In this document: one piece after another, positions 1 through 11,329 of the stretch
Position numbering within the stretch: position 1 is the stretch's first letter
Layout of the letters: each line of letters starts with the position of its first letter
Origin: Mustelus asterias
Taxonomy: Eukaryota
Direction: 5' to 3'
Length of the DNA stretch: 64,000 nt
Assembly: GCF_964213995.1 (NCBI RefSeq)
Contig: NW_027590151.1
Span: 1 to 64,000, forward strand
Notes under the pieces: generated by a model
What the model was told of the DNA's origin: nothing
The model's database searches: none
The model's input: the letters and a program-made list of their open reading frames with translations, nothing else
Translations under genes and position numbers: made by a program

Positions 1-546
1 AGTCATAGTCATAGAGATTTACAGCATGGAAACAGGCCCTTCGGACCAACCTGTCCATGCCAGCCCTTTTTTTAAAAAACCACTAAGCTAGTCCCAATTG
101 CCCGCCTTTGGCCCATATCCCTCTGTACCCATCTTACCCACATAACTGTCTAAATGCTTTTTAAAAGACAAAATTGTACCCGTCTCAACTACTACCTCTG
201 GCAGCTTGTTCCAGACACCCATCACCCTCTGTGAAAAATTTGCCCCTCTGGACCCTTTGTATCTCTCCCCTCTCACCTTAAACCTATGCCCTCTAGTTTT
301 AGACTCCCCTACCTTTGGGAAAATATGTTGACTACCTAGCTGACCTATGCCCCCCATTATTTTATCAACCTCTATAAGATCACCCCTCAGCCTCCTACGC
401 TCCAGAAAAAGAAATTCCCAGTCTATTCAGACTCTCCTTATAACTCAAACCATCAAGTCCCAATAGCATCCTAGTAAATCTTTCCTGCACTCATTCTAGC
501 TTAATAAAGTCCTTTCTATGATAGGGTGGCCAGAACTGTACACAGT
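1..546 (-). mobile_element. CR1/HER1-type LINE, 3' end
   Basis: ORF 88..357 reads FPKVGESKTRGHRFKV..FSQRVMGVWNKLP (CR1 ORF2 C-terminus); 3' tail GGGCCTGTTTCCATGCTGTA..TCTATGAC at the window start. Confidence 0.9.
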
Positions 547-929
547 GCTCCTTCCTAAAGGTGGCTTTAAGTGAATAATAAACAACTTATTTTATTTAAC
601 CAACCGGGAACTTTAACTAAACCAGGAACAATTTTAATTAAAGGATGGTTCGACTGAAATGCTGTTCAAATAAAGATAAGGATCATTTAGTACCAAAACA
701 GTAATAACAGAATCTTAGTCACTCTCAAAAAAACTAGATACAACCAGGTCTGGTGGCTTGGAAAAGATTTGGAGGTTCTTCTGTAGTTGTCCGCTGTCTG
801 TAAGCGCTGTCCGATTGGGTACTTTTCACTGGTTGAATGGTGAGTTCTCTGAAGGCACATCTGAAGCTGGCAGAGTTAAGAACTAACTGTTGATCGAACT
901 GCCTTTAACTGCTTCAGCTGATCTGACCC

Positions 930-1220
930 TGACTCTGGCTCAAGCGATGTTCGATGGACTGGGTTTCAGACACAACCCTTTGTAGTTTATTGCAGTCTTG
1001 GTCAGAGCAGGAGCCATATCAAGCTGTCATACATTCACAGAGGATGCTTTCTATGGTGCAGCTGTAAATGTTGGTGAGAGTCATAGCAGACATGCCGAAT
1101 TTCCTTAGCCTCCTGAGAAAGTAGAGGCGTTGGTGGGCTTTCTTAACTGTAGCGTCAGTTTGGAGGGACCAGGACAGGTTGTTGGTGATCTGGATACTTA
1201 AAAACTTGAAGCTTTCATAA
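930..1220 (-). mobile_element. Rex1/Babar-type LINE fragment
   Basis: KKAHQRLYFLRRLRKFGMS..LTNIYSCTIESIL is typical of the Rex1 RT C-terminus. Confidence 0.8.
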
Positions 1221-1446
1221 CTGTTACTTCTGAACAAAATGTTTCAAAATCACCAATGACACCGACCCCCTTTTGGGGTAATCTCTGATTCCTGGACTAA
1301 AATCTTAGTTTCCAGCATTCACCGTTGTTTTTCCTGACTCTAAACCCAGTTGTAAAGGAGCTTCTGTTCCATGTCTCGGAGCTCTGAACTGTGGAAGAGA
1401 GTGGCTGGAACACATTTCGTACACACCTTAGGATTAACCCATACAT

Positions 1447-2426
1447 TTAGTCCTCAATATAATTAACAGCAGCAAAAGCAGCTGAATCCAACCCCTTCAG
1501 ACACTCATGAAGTTGCTGGTGTCTCAGCATTTGCTGTAAGTCAGTGGATCCAGTCCTACACTCAGAACAGGTGAACAGTTTCTCCCCTGTATGAACTTGC
1601 TGGTGTGTCATTACACCATTGCAGCTTTTAAAATTCTGCTCGTAATCAAAACATATAAAATGTTTTATATCAGAGTGAATTTGCTGATGTTTCAGCAGGT
1701 TGTATGACTGAGTGAATCCTTTCCCACACACAGCCGGTGAACGGCCTCTCCCCAGTGTGAACTCGTTGATGCATCATGAGACCATTGCTGCTTTTAAAGC
1801 TCTGCTCACAGTCAAAACATTGAAAAGGTTTTATATCGGAGTGAATTTGCTGGTGTTTCAGCAGGTGGTATGACTGAATGAAGCTCTTCCCACACACAGA
1901 GCAGCTGTACGGTCTTCTCTCCAGTGTGAATTCGCTGGTGTACAGTGAGTTCAGATGATCGCCTGAAGCCAGTCCCACAGTGAGAGCATCTAAAGGGTCT
2001 CTCGTCAGTGTGAACACGTTGATGACAAGTCACTTCACCGGAGGTTTTAAAGCACTTCCCGCAGTCTGGACATTTAAAGGGTCTCTTGTCAGTGTGAACT
2101 CGCTGGTGTTTCTGCAGGTTGGATGGAGCAGTGAATCGCTTCCCACACAAGGGGCAGGTGAATGGCTTCTCCTCACTGTGAATGTGTTGGTGCCTCAGCA
2201 GATACTTTTTGCTTTTAAATGTTTTCTCACAGTCAGAACATTTGAAAGGTGTCTGATCAGTGTGAACATACTGGTGTGTCAGCAGGCTGGATGACTGACT
2301 GAATCCCTTCCCACAGGTGGAGCAGGTGAACGGCCTCTCCCCAGTGTGAGCGCGTCGATGCATTTCCAGTTCAGAAGGGTAACTGTATCGTTTCCCACAA
2401 TCCCCACATTTCCACGGTTTCTCCAT
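1447..2426 (-). pseudogene. C2H2 ZNF (~11 fingers) with two frameshifts; inverted paralog of 54522..55502
   Basis: [10 protein letters not shown] start; the finger array passes through ORFs 1812..2462, 1670..2017 and 1447..1731; +1 insertion at ~1915 and 2-bp deletion at ~1730 relative to the paralog. Confidence 0.85.
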
Positions 2427-3095
2427 GGTGCCGATGTCCTTGTGTCTCTCCGGGTTGGACAATCAGTTGAAGACCTGTGCACACACAGAACCTGTGTACG
2501 GTTTCTCCCCGCTGTGAATGGTGTGATGTTTTTTCAGACTGTGTAACTGGTTAAAGCTCTTTCCACAGTCACTTCAGTGGAACACTGTCACTCGAGTGTG
2601 TGTGTGTGTGTGTCTCAGTGCTTTTCCAGTCACACTGATGTTTAAAACCTTTTCCCACAGACAGAAGGCGGACATTTCTCCTTTCACATTCAATGGCCGA
2701 TGATATTCAGGTTTGAAAGAATGATGGTGTTGAGCTAGTTTCCTGAACAGCTGCAGTCCTGGGGTGTAGGTGCACCAACAGTGCTATTTGGAATGAAATT
2801 TCAGGATTTTGTGCCAGTAACAGTGCAGGATGGTCAAAAATATTTCAAAGTCAGGGTGGTGAAGAATTGGAGGTGAACTTCCAGGAGACGGTGTTCTTGG
2901 ATCAAGGGAAAGCATCACAGATGGTGCTTTCAAACAGGGACTTTACAGCTCTGAAAATCTGCAACACAGCCAAGATATTTAAGAGCCAGCCAGTTATAGA
3001 GTTTGTTAAGATCAGCAGGAGCAGACCAAATATTATCAGATTATCAGTATTAAATGTGATTAACAACAGCAAAAATAACAATCCAACTAGTGCAG

Positions 3096-3770
3096 TTACT
3101 TATGAATTCGCTGGTGTGTCAGCAGGTTAGATGGCTGAGTGAATCCTTTCCCACACACAGAGCAGGTGAATGGCCTCTCCCCAGTGTGAGTGCGTTGGTG
3201 TATCACTAGGTTAAAGGACTTTATGAATCCTTTCCCACACACGGAGCAGGTGAATGGCCTCTCCCCTGTGTGAGTTCGCTGGTGTATCAGCAGGTTGGAT
3301 GGGTGAGTGTATTCCTTCCCACACACAGAGCACGTGAACGGTTTCTTCCCCGAATGAACTCTCTGGTGGGCAATGAGATTGGGAGAAGACCTGAACCTCT
3401 TTCCACAATTGGTGCAGCTGAATGGCCTCTCCTCGCTGTGGGTTTGCTGGTGTTCCAGCAGATGGGAGGATCGAGTGAATCCCTTCCCACACTCGGAACA
3501 GCTGAATGGTCTCTCCCCGGTGTGAACTCGCTGGTGTGCAGTGAGGTTGGATGAAGACTTGAACCTCTTTCCACAGGAAGCGCAGCTGAACGGCCTCTCC
3601 TCAGTGTGAGTTTGTTGATGTGACTGGAAACAGGACAACTGAGTGAATCCTTTCCCACACACAAAGCAGGTGAATGGCTTCTCCCTAGTATGAATGCGTC
3701 GATGATTTTCCAACAGGGATGAATATTTGAAACCTTTACCACATTCCTCACATTTCCATGGTTTTTCCAT
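3096..3770 (-). CDS. Tandem C2H2 zinc-finger protein, 8 fingers
   Basis: 224-aa ATG-initiated ORF of CxxC-x12-HxxxH repeats with TGERPF linkers; splice acceptor (tttcttttgcag|g) at ~3968. Confidence 0.9.
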   Translation of the reverse strand: MEKPWKCEECGKGFKYSSLLENHRRIHTREKPFTCFVCGKGFTQLSCFQSHQQTHTEERPFSCASCGKRFKSSSNLTAHQRVHTGERPFSCSECGKGFTRSSHLLEHQQTHSEERPFSCTNCGKRFRSSPNLIAHQRVHSGKKPFTCSVCGKEYTHPSNLLIHQRTHTGERPFTCSVCGKGFIKSFNLVIHQRTHTGERPFTCSVCGKGFTQPSNLLTHQRIHK

Positions 3771-4594
3771 GTTGTCGATGTTCTTGTGTCTCTCCAGGTT
3801 GGATGATCAGTTGAAACCTTGTCCACACACACAACACGTGTACAGTTTCTCCCAGCTGCAAATAGTGTGATGTTCTTTCAGGCTGTGTAAAGCTCTTTCC
3901 ACAGTCAGTTCACTGGAACACTCAGATGGGTGTGTGTGTGTGTCTCAGTGCTTTTCCAGTCTAGCACCCTGCAAAAGAAATTCAGGAAAATGATATAGAG
4001 TATGGATAGAAACTCTGAACAGACAGTTCTAGTTTCTCTGGAACACTTTTTCCTTTCTTGTTCCCCCAAATCAGTAAATCCCCGTCCCGCACACTCTCCC
4101 TCCTCCCTGGGCTGAAATCCAAACCCATCTCACCATCTCTTTCCTCCACTCCCAGTTTTCTCCCTCCCTCTCCTCTGTCTGGGTTCAGTTCTCCAGCTCC
4201 TGTCTGCAGACTGACAATAAAACCAATGGGTCTTATTGGGGGTGTTGGGACCTCCAGAGGGTGTTTGTGAATCCTCCCCGCCCACCTCCCAGGGTTTCCT
4301 TCCTTCCCAGAGATCAGAGTCCTCATTGATTTGAGGCCAAAGTGTAACCTCTTATTTATTGTCCCCCCTCCCCCATCCTCTGATGTGAACCATCCTCCAG
4401 TGGCTGAGCCAGGATGGGGCCGTTAACCTGGGCCTGTTCCCGGGAGGGAGGGAGGGAGAAGCCCCGCAGCTGCAAACCAGGGAGCTGACAATGATTCTGA
4501 AGGGTTTGCGGATCCACAAAGTGTTTCCAAATCCTCCCAGCCACCGCCTAACGCTGACTCCGCTTCTCCGGGACAAACAAGCGCCAAGGCCAGC

Positions 4595-4820
4595 AATGAC
4601 ACTGCGCATGCTCCACATCACAATGCCCGGGCACTGATTGACGGCAGCTCCGGACCAATAGGAAAGAGGGGGGGGCTGGAGGACCGATCGGGAGCGGCTG
4701 GTCCTCCAACCAATCGGAGTGAATGAGGGGCGGGGCTGGAGGACCGTGCGGGAGAGGCTGGTCCTCCAACCAATCGGCGTGAATGAGAGGCGGGGCTGAG
4801 CCCAGATCTCCCTCATTGGC
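4595..4820 (-). promoter_or_regulatory. CpG-island ZNF promoter cassette
   Basis: ACTGCGCATGC (NRF1), TGATTGACGGCAG, three CCAAT, two GGCGGGG boxes and two GGAGGACC..GGTCCTCC inverted repeats, upstream of ZNF 3096..3770. Confidence 0.75.
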
Positions 4821-4952
4821 TGAAACTCTGCAACATTGTGAAAGCTGCTTTGTGTCAAAAGGTGTGGAGATGCCGGCGTTGGACTGGGGTGAACACAGTC
4901 AGAAGTTTAACAACACCAGGTTAAAGTCCAACAGGTTTATTTGGTAGCAAAA

Positions 4953-4999
4953 GCCACACAAGCTTTCGGAGCTCTAAGCCCCTTCTTCAGGTGAGTGGG
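4953..4999 (-). ncRNA. Minimal type-I hammerhead ribozyme motif
   Basis: CAC-CUGAAGA-A-GGGGC-UUAGA-GCUCC-GAAA-GC-UU-GUG on the minus strand. Confidence 0.65.
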
Positions 5000-5253
5000 A
5001 ATTCTGTTCACAAACAGAGCTTATAAAGACACAGACTCAATTTACATGAATAATGGTTGGAATGCGAATACTTACAACTAATCAAGTCTTTAAGAAACAA
5101 AACAATGTGAGTGGAGAGAGCCTGTCTTGATGCTCTCTCCACTCACATTGTTTTGTTTCTTAAAGACTTGATTAGTTGTAAGTATTCGCATTCCAACCAT
5201 TATTCATGTAAATTGAGTCTGTGTCTTTATATGCTCTGTTTGTGAACAGAATT

Positions 5254-5300
5254 CCCACTCACCTGAAGAAGGGGCTTAGAGCTCCGAAAGCTTGTGTGGC
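5254..5300 (+). ncRNA. Minimal type-I hammerhead ribozyme motif
   Basis: cccactCAC CTGAAGA A GGGGC ttaga GCTCC GAAA GC TT GTGtgg; stem II 5 bp, palindromic AAGCTT at stem III. Confidence 0.7.
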
Positions 5301-5304
5301 TTTT

Positions 5305-5640
5305 CATAGAAAAAAAATCATAGAAACCCTACAGTGCAGAAAGAGGCCATTCGGCCCATCAAGTCTGCACCGACCACAATCCCACCCAGGCCCTACCCCC
5401 ACATATTTACCCGCTAACCTACACATCCCAGGACTCTAAGGGGCAATTTTTAACCTGGCCAATCAACCTAACCCGCACATCTTTGGACTGTGGGAGGAAA
5501 CCGGAGCACCCGGAGGAAACCCACACAGACACGAGGAGAATGTGCAAACTCCACACAGACAGTGACCCGAGCCGGGAATCGAACCCGGGACCCTGGAGCT
5601 GTGAAGCAGCAGTGCTAACCACTGTGCTACCGTGCCGCCC
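5305..5640 (-). mobile_element. HE1-like tRNA-derived V-SINE, full length
   Basis: Head GGGCGGCACGGTAGCACAGTGGTTAGC..GGTTCGATTCCC, V-domain GGGTTTCCTCCGGGTGCTCCGGTTTCCTCCCAC, CR1-like tail. Confidence 0.9.
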
Positions 5641-5743
5641 AAATTTGCTACCAAATAAACCTGTTGGACTTTAACCTGGTGTTGTTAAACTTCTTATTGT
5701 GTCAAAAGTTCAGGAGAAAACTGGACCTTTCTGTTTGTGGCTT

Positions 5744-5890
5744 TAAACAGATGGAGCCCTGTGGGTGCGGAGCAAACAGATGGAGCCCTGTGGGTGCGGA
5801 GCAAACAGATGGAGCCCTGTGGTGTGGAGCAAACGGAGCCCTGTGGGTGTGGGGGCAAACAGATGGAGCCCTGTGGCTGTGGAGCCTGGT
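5744..5890. repeat. ~30-bp minisatellite, ~5 degenerate copies
   Basis: AAACAGATGGAGCCCTGTGGGTGCGGAGC repeated in tandem. Confidence 0.85.
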
Positions 5891-5999
5891 GTTGTGAGTC
5901 TTCTTGCAGTGTGGAGCAAACAGCTCAACATTTGTCTCTGAGATGGGTTCACTCAGCACAGAAAGCAGGGATTAATTCAGGAAATTATACTATATTCTG

Positions 6000-6550
6000 C
6001 ACTTTTCCAATACCTTTCACTGTATACCAATACATGTGACAATAATAAATTCAATTCAATGTTTGCACTGACCCAGAGAAAAGTTTTGAAACTACAAAAG
6101 GAACAATACAGCTTGGTATGACTGTTGCTCTGTCCAAGACCGCAATAAACTACAAAGGGTTGTGAATGGAGCCCAGTTCATCACGCAAACCTGCCATTGA
6201 CTCTGTCTACACTTCCCACTGCCTCAGAAAAGCAGCCAGCCTAATCAAGGATCCCACACATTCCGGACATATTCTTTTCCACCTTCTTCCATTGGGAAAA
6301 AGATACAAAAGTCTTAGGTCACTTACCAACCGACTCAAGAACAGCTTCTTCCCTGCTGCTGTCAGACTTTGAATGGACCTACCTCGTATTAAGTTGATCT
6401 TTCTCTACACCCTAGCTATGACTGTAACACTGCATTCTGCAGCCTCTCCTTCCCTTCTCTATCTACAGTATGCTCTGTCTGTATAGCGCGCAAGAAACAA
6501 TACCTTTTCACTGTATACGAATACATGTGACAATAATAAATCAAATCAAA
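6000..6550 (+). mobile_element. Rex1/Babar-type LINE 3' end
   Basis: SVYTSHCLRKAASLIKDPTHSGHILFHLLPLGKRYKSL..NRLKNSFFP; tail gacaataataaatcaaatcaaa. Confidence 0.8.
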
Positions 6551-7317
6551 TAATATTCTTGAGCCTTGAGATGGGGAATGTAGACAGAGGGAGGCCAGAC
6601 AGGGAACACCTAAATAATTCTAATAACTTTATTCAACTTTTCTCAATAGTAAACACACTTACAATAAATTAAGGATTTGTAAATGAATCAGGTTCTAAGA
6701 GATAATATTGAAGATAAGATTAGAACCTGTATACAAACATGAATAGACGAATGATCTGAAAGAATAGACAATGCTTGTTCGCAACTCCAAACCACTGGCT
6801 AAAGAACCAAAGACAAAGGCATCACTAATTCTTTCAGAAAGATATGAACCATTCAGGTAGACAGCATGAGAAAAGGAATTGATGATATCACACAGACTCA
6901 CTATTTACTTTTACAAGATGAATTAATGGTTTTGGTGTTTCAGTTTATAAAAACAGGAAATGTTAGCATGTTACCATCGAGTTATCGAGACCTTATTAAA
7001 ACCAAAAGGGTTAAATACACAAAAACTTAGGGTTCTTAACCAGGTCTACTTTCGACCAGACTAACCAGATGAGGAATAATTCGCTCAAAACTCTGTCTGA
7101 TGAATCCTCCTGTGAGTATCCAGTCATCTCATGGTCTTGGTCTGTAATGAGCTATGTAATAGAAATAAAATATTAAATCAAAGTCTCATTGTTTCCTAGT
7201 TTCTGAGCTTGTTTAAAGGGATGCAAATAATTCAGTAAAAACTGGGAGTGTGTTTAGCTTTTCGAAACAACACATTACAACAATTTAAAATTAACCCCAG
7301 GATTTTTGAAAAGCCCT

Positions 7318-7839
7318 CTATTCACACAGACATACACACAGAGCTTGTTGATATATTAGAAATTTAAATGAGCAGGTAAATGGCCTCTCTCCGGTGTGAA
7401 TTCGCTGGTGTTCAGTGAGTTGTTCTGATCCCCTGAACCCGATCCCACAGTGGGAGCACCTGAATGGTCTCTCATCAGTGTGAACCCGCTGATGGCGCAC
7501 CTTATTTGCAGAAATTTTATAGCCCTTCCCACAGTCTTGACATTTAAATGGTCTCTCATCCGTGTGAATTTGCTGGTGTTGCATCAGCCCTGACGATCGA
7601 GTGAATCCCTTCCCACACTGGGAACAAATGAACGGCCTCTCCCCAGTGTGAATTCGCTGGTGTGTTAGCAGCCCTGATGATCGAGTGAATCCCTTTCCAC
7701 ACTCAGGGCAGGTAACTGGCCTCTCCTCAGCGTGACTGCGCTGATGAGTTTCCAGCTCAGATGGGGATCGGAATTCCTCCTCACAGTCCCCACATTTGCA
7801 CGGTTTCTCTCCAGTGTGAACAGTTCTTTTTCCTTCCAT
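7318..7839 (-). pseudogene. C2H2 ZNF, 5 fingers, truncated at the 3' end
   Basis: [13 protein letters not shown] start; finger 6 breaks after FTCS (~7370) into unrelated AT-rich sequence. Confidence 0.75.
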
Positions 7840-8224
7840 GTTCAAAATTCTCCGATATTCAGGCTGCAATAAATTGGGCGATTCCGTCCGATTTTGATGT
7901 GTTTGATTTGTGTTTCATGACTGCAAAGTCTAAAGATTGACATTAAAAAAAGAAAAAAAGGCGTGAGACAGAACTCACAAAAACACAAAGGCAGGTTGTG
8001 AAATTGAGCTGAATGAATCTGGTAACTTGTGGGGCCGGAACTAGAAAAAGTGACTATGGACACTGCTGGTTCATTGTTAAAAACCTAACTGGCTCACTGA
8101 CGTCCTTCAGGGAAGGGAACCTGCTGCCTGGTCTCGTCTACACAAGACTTCGGCCCCTATAAGAACATAAGAAATAGGAGTGAGATTAAACCATGAGGCC
8201 CATAAATACATGCATCTTGCTGCC

Positions 8225-8650
8225 TAACGCCCCCCACAAAGATGGCGACCGTACACGTGCCTTGCTGCCCAAATGCTCCCGACAAAGATGGCTGACTATT
8301 GATCCCAATAAAGATGGCGGCTGCGCTGCCCATTGATTTTACAACCAACATCTTTCGAGAACAATCACCCAGGGCCTCGGGCTTCTTATTGGCGGTTTGA
8401 GGCCCACACCCGGTTTCTATGAATTTCCCTTTCCTACACAGGATGTTTATGAAGCCTCCTTTCTCACCCGCCGGTTCCATTTAACCTCACTCACCCGCTG
8501 TCTCCAATTAATCTCTGCTCTCCCTCTGACTCCCACACCACCCCGTCCGGCCACTGTCAACACCAACACTGCGCATGCTCCAGTCAGAGCGGCTCTGCGT
8601 ACTGAAGATAGGGCGTATTCTCACTCTCGGTGCATGCTGGGCACCAGCAC
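8225..8650 (-). promoter_or_regulatory. CpG-rich promoter region with YY1 and NRF1 motifs
   Basis: Three AAGATGGC motifs (8238-8322) and ACTGCGCATGC at ~8568, upstream of ZNF 7839. Confidence 0.6.
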
Positions 8651-9324
8651 CACCATTGACCAATGATATTTTCTGCTCCAATTACAACGGAGTCATAGAT
8701 ATCAGGAAATTAAGTCAGCGACACAGCATCCAAACGTGTGGGACCTTCTCCATAGTTCCATTTTGGATTTTATTAAAAGCAAAAAAACATTCTAAATGTC
8801 AAGTGTGAAGTTACTGGAATCTCAGCAGGTGGTGTGAACAAGTGTCTTTTTTCTCTCAAAGAGAACATTTTAACAGCTCCTGAGCACAAAGAATGCACTG
8901 AGTGAATATCAATTGCTTTGAACTTTTAGAGCTGGAATGATAACAGGTGGAAAAACTAAATGGACCCCTTTGCAGGTGATGTATCTGAATGGTTTCCCCC
9001 TGATATGATTGTTGTTATGTCAGTAAATGGGATGATCAAGTTTTCTTTTATTCATTCATGGGACATGGGTGTCGCTGGCACTCCAGCATTTACTGCCCAT
9101 CCATAGTTGCCCTTGAACTGAGTGCCTTGCTAGGCCATTTCAGTGGACCCTCTGTGGCTCTAGAGGCCAGACCAGATAAGGACGGCAGATTTCCTTCCCA
9201 AAGGACATTAGTGAACCAGATGGTTTTTTGCGACAATTGGCAACAGTCTCATGGTCATCAGTCGATTCTTAATTCTAGATATTTTTATTGAATTCCAATT
9301 CCACCATCACCATTCCTGACAGAA

Positions 9325-10510
9325 CATTTGATTTGATATGATTTATTATTGTCACATGTATTGGGATACAGTGAAAAATATTGTTTCTTGTGCGCTATAC
9401 AGACAAAACATACCGTTCATACAGTACTTGGGGAGAAAGAAAGGACAGAGTGTAGAATATAGTGTTACAGTCATAGCTAGGGTGTAGGGAAAGATCAGCT
9501 TAATATATGGTAAGTCTATTCAAAAGTCTGATGGCAGCAGGGAAGAAGCTGATCTTGAGTAATTGGTATGTGATCTCAGGCTTTTGTATCTTTTTCCTGA
9601 CAGAAGAAGGTAGAAGAGAGTATGTCCAGGGTGCATGGGATCCTCGATCATGCTGGCTGCTTTTTCGAGGCAGTGGGAAGTGTAGACAGAGTCAATGGAT
9701 AGGAGGCTGGTTTGCATGATGGACTTGGCTACATTCACAACCTTTCGTAGTTTCTTGCAATCTTGGTCAGAGCAGGAGGCTAACGAAGCTGTGATACATC
9801 CAGAAAGGATCCTTTCAATGATACATCTGTAAAAATTGGTGAGAGTCATAGCAGACATGCCAAATTTTGTTAGCCTCCTGAAAAAGTAGAGGCATTGGTG
9901 GGCTTTCTTAACTCTGCAGCGTGGAGGGACCAGGACAGGTTGTTGGTGATCTGGACACTGAGGAACTTGAAGCCCTCATCCATTTCAACTACACCACTGT
10001 TGATGTAGACAGGGGCATGTTCTTGACTATGCTTCCTGATGTTGATGACAATCTTCATGGATAATGTTGGTCTGAGGAATCGGGTGATCGCCAATGGGAC
10101 TGCTTCGAGTCTGTGGACTGGTCAATATTTAAGAACTCAGCAATGAACTGGAATGAGTACGCCATCTCAGTAACTGACATTATTAGTAAGTGCATAGAAG
10201 ACTGTGTGCCAAAGAAGAAAATCCATGTGTTTCTCAACTGGAAACCATGGATGAACAACGATATCCACTGATGCTGAAGTCCAAGCCTGAAGCATTCAAG
10301 TCATGTGACCCTGACCTATATAAGAAATCCAGATACAATCTACAGAGAGCTATCAAAGACGCCAAGAGTCAATACTGGACCAAGCTAGAGTCCCAGGCTA
10401 GCCACATGGCCTCCCATCAACTTTGAAAGATGTAACAGGCTACAAAATGAAGGCATATAGAATTGCAGGCACCAATGCACCCCTCCCTAATGAGCTCAAT
10501 GCATTCCTGC
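9325..10510. mobile_element. Rex1/Babar LINE with internal inversion
   Basis: 9325..10058 is the RT C-terminus/3'UTR on minus; 10060..10510 is a more 5' ORF2 segment (WDCFESVDWSIFKNS..WKPWM) on plus. Confidence 0.7.
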
Positions 10511-10599
10511 AGAGGGCAGCACAGCAGCAAAGCTGATTGGCTATTGGTGTGAAAATCTGCATCTTTGTTCACGTCAGCCTTTCCAGAAAGGGGTCCTGA

Positions 10600-11325
10600 A
10601 CAAGACACCCTCAAATTTTCAAGGGGACACAACTATCCAGCAGAGGAGTGAAGTTGATTGACTGTTGGTGTGGAAATCTGCCTTTTGTTGTGATATCATA
10701 ATTTGCTAACGATATTTTTACCCTCATTTGAAATGTGTCTAAGTCTGACCATGCTTCATAGGCATCCAGTGGATCATCTATCTTGTCAATGTCATCATTG
10801 AACCTGAACAGAAGATCCAAGACTTCATCTGTATTGAACTGATGGACATCCAGATCACAAAATATTTTGTTTATGATTTTCTTTTTGTTAGTAAGTGACA
10901 AGGCCAAGACCAGACCTTGTTTCCTCCTTCGTGGGGATGTAACCTGTGTCCACTTCATTCTTCCACTGGTTATATGGTTCAGATTTCGGCAGGTAATCAG
11001 ACCCTGACAATTCCCACTTGCTTTCAGCCATTTCCCACAAAAGCTCCTGGGATTGTAATCTTCTGTCTGAAATATACTTTCCTTTAGTTTTCAAACTTCA
11101 CCATGAGACAAACATTCTCTGTTTCCATGTTATAATCCTGACAGTCTTATGGTGAAGGAAGAAACTGGAGCCAATCTGTACTTGGAATAGTTTTATTTAC
11201 AGAGTGAAGCATTGCAGGTATATAACTCCTAACTCCACTCTATGTCAGCAAGTTAGTTGCACTCAAAATCATCTAATCAATGCCCTCCATCTATATATTT
11301 TTAACTTCAAATTATACAGGTAACA
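10600..11325 (-). mobile_element. Ty1/Copia GalEa-like LTR retrotransposon relic (5' LTR, PBS, gag N-terminus)
   Basis: LTR 11128..11325 bounded by TGTTA..TAACA; adjacent PBS-like TGGAAACAGAG (cf. tRNA-iMet TGGTAGCAGAG); gag-like YNQWKNEV/WTQVTS..KQGLVLALSL..DAYEAWSDLDTF. Confidence 0.7.
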
Positions 11326-11329
11326 CCCA

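Larger units (their letters stand above)
4862..5696. mobile_element. Penelope-like fold-back insertion (inverted pseudo-LTR arms) with a nested SINE
   Basis: Arm to 5121 is inverted at 5132..5304 plus 5647..5696; 12-bp TSD ttgtgtcaaaag at 4850..4861 and 5697..5708. Confidence 0.8.

Noticed and set aside
4352-4858. GC-rich ORFs over CpG islands (also 28607..29137, 38612..38986) as KRAB-like exons
   Set aside because: They translate promoter repeats, show no domain signature and are not conserved in frame between copies
5560-5640. tRNA gene (also at ~19020, 21475, 23540, 53635)
   Set aside because: The A/B boxes continue into a V-domain and LINE-like tail, so these are SINE heads
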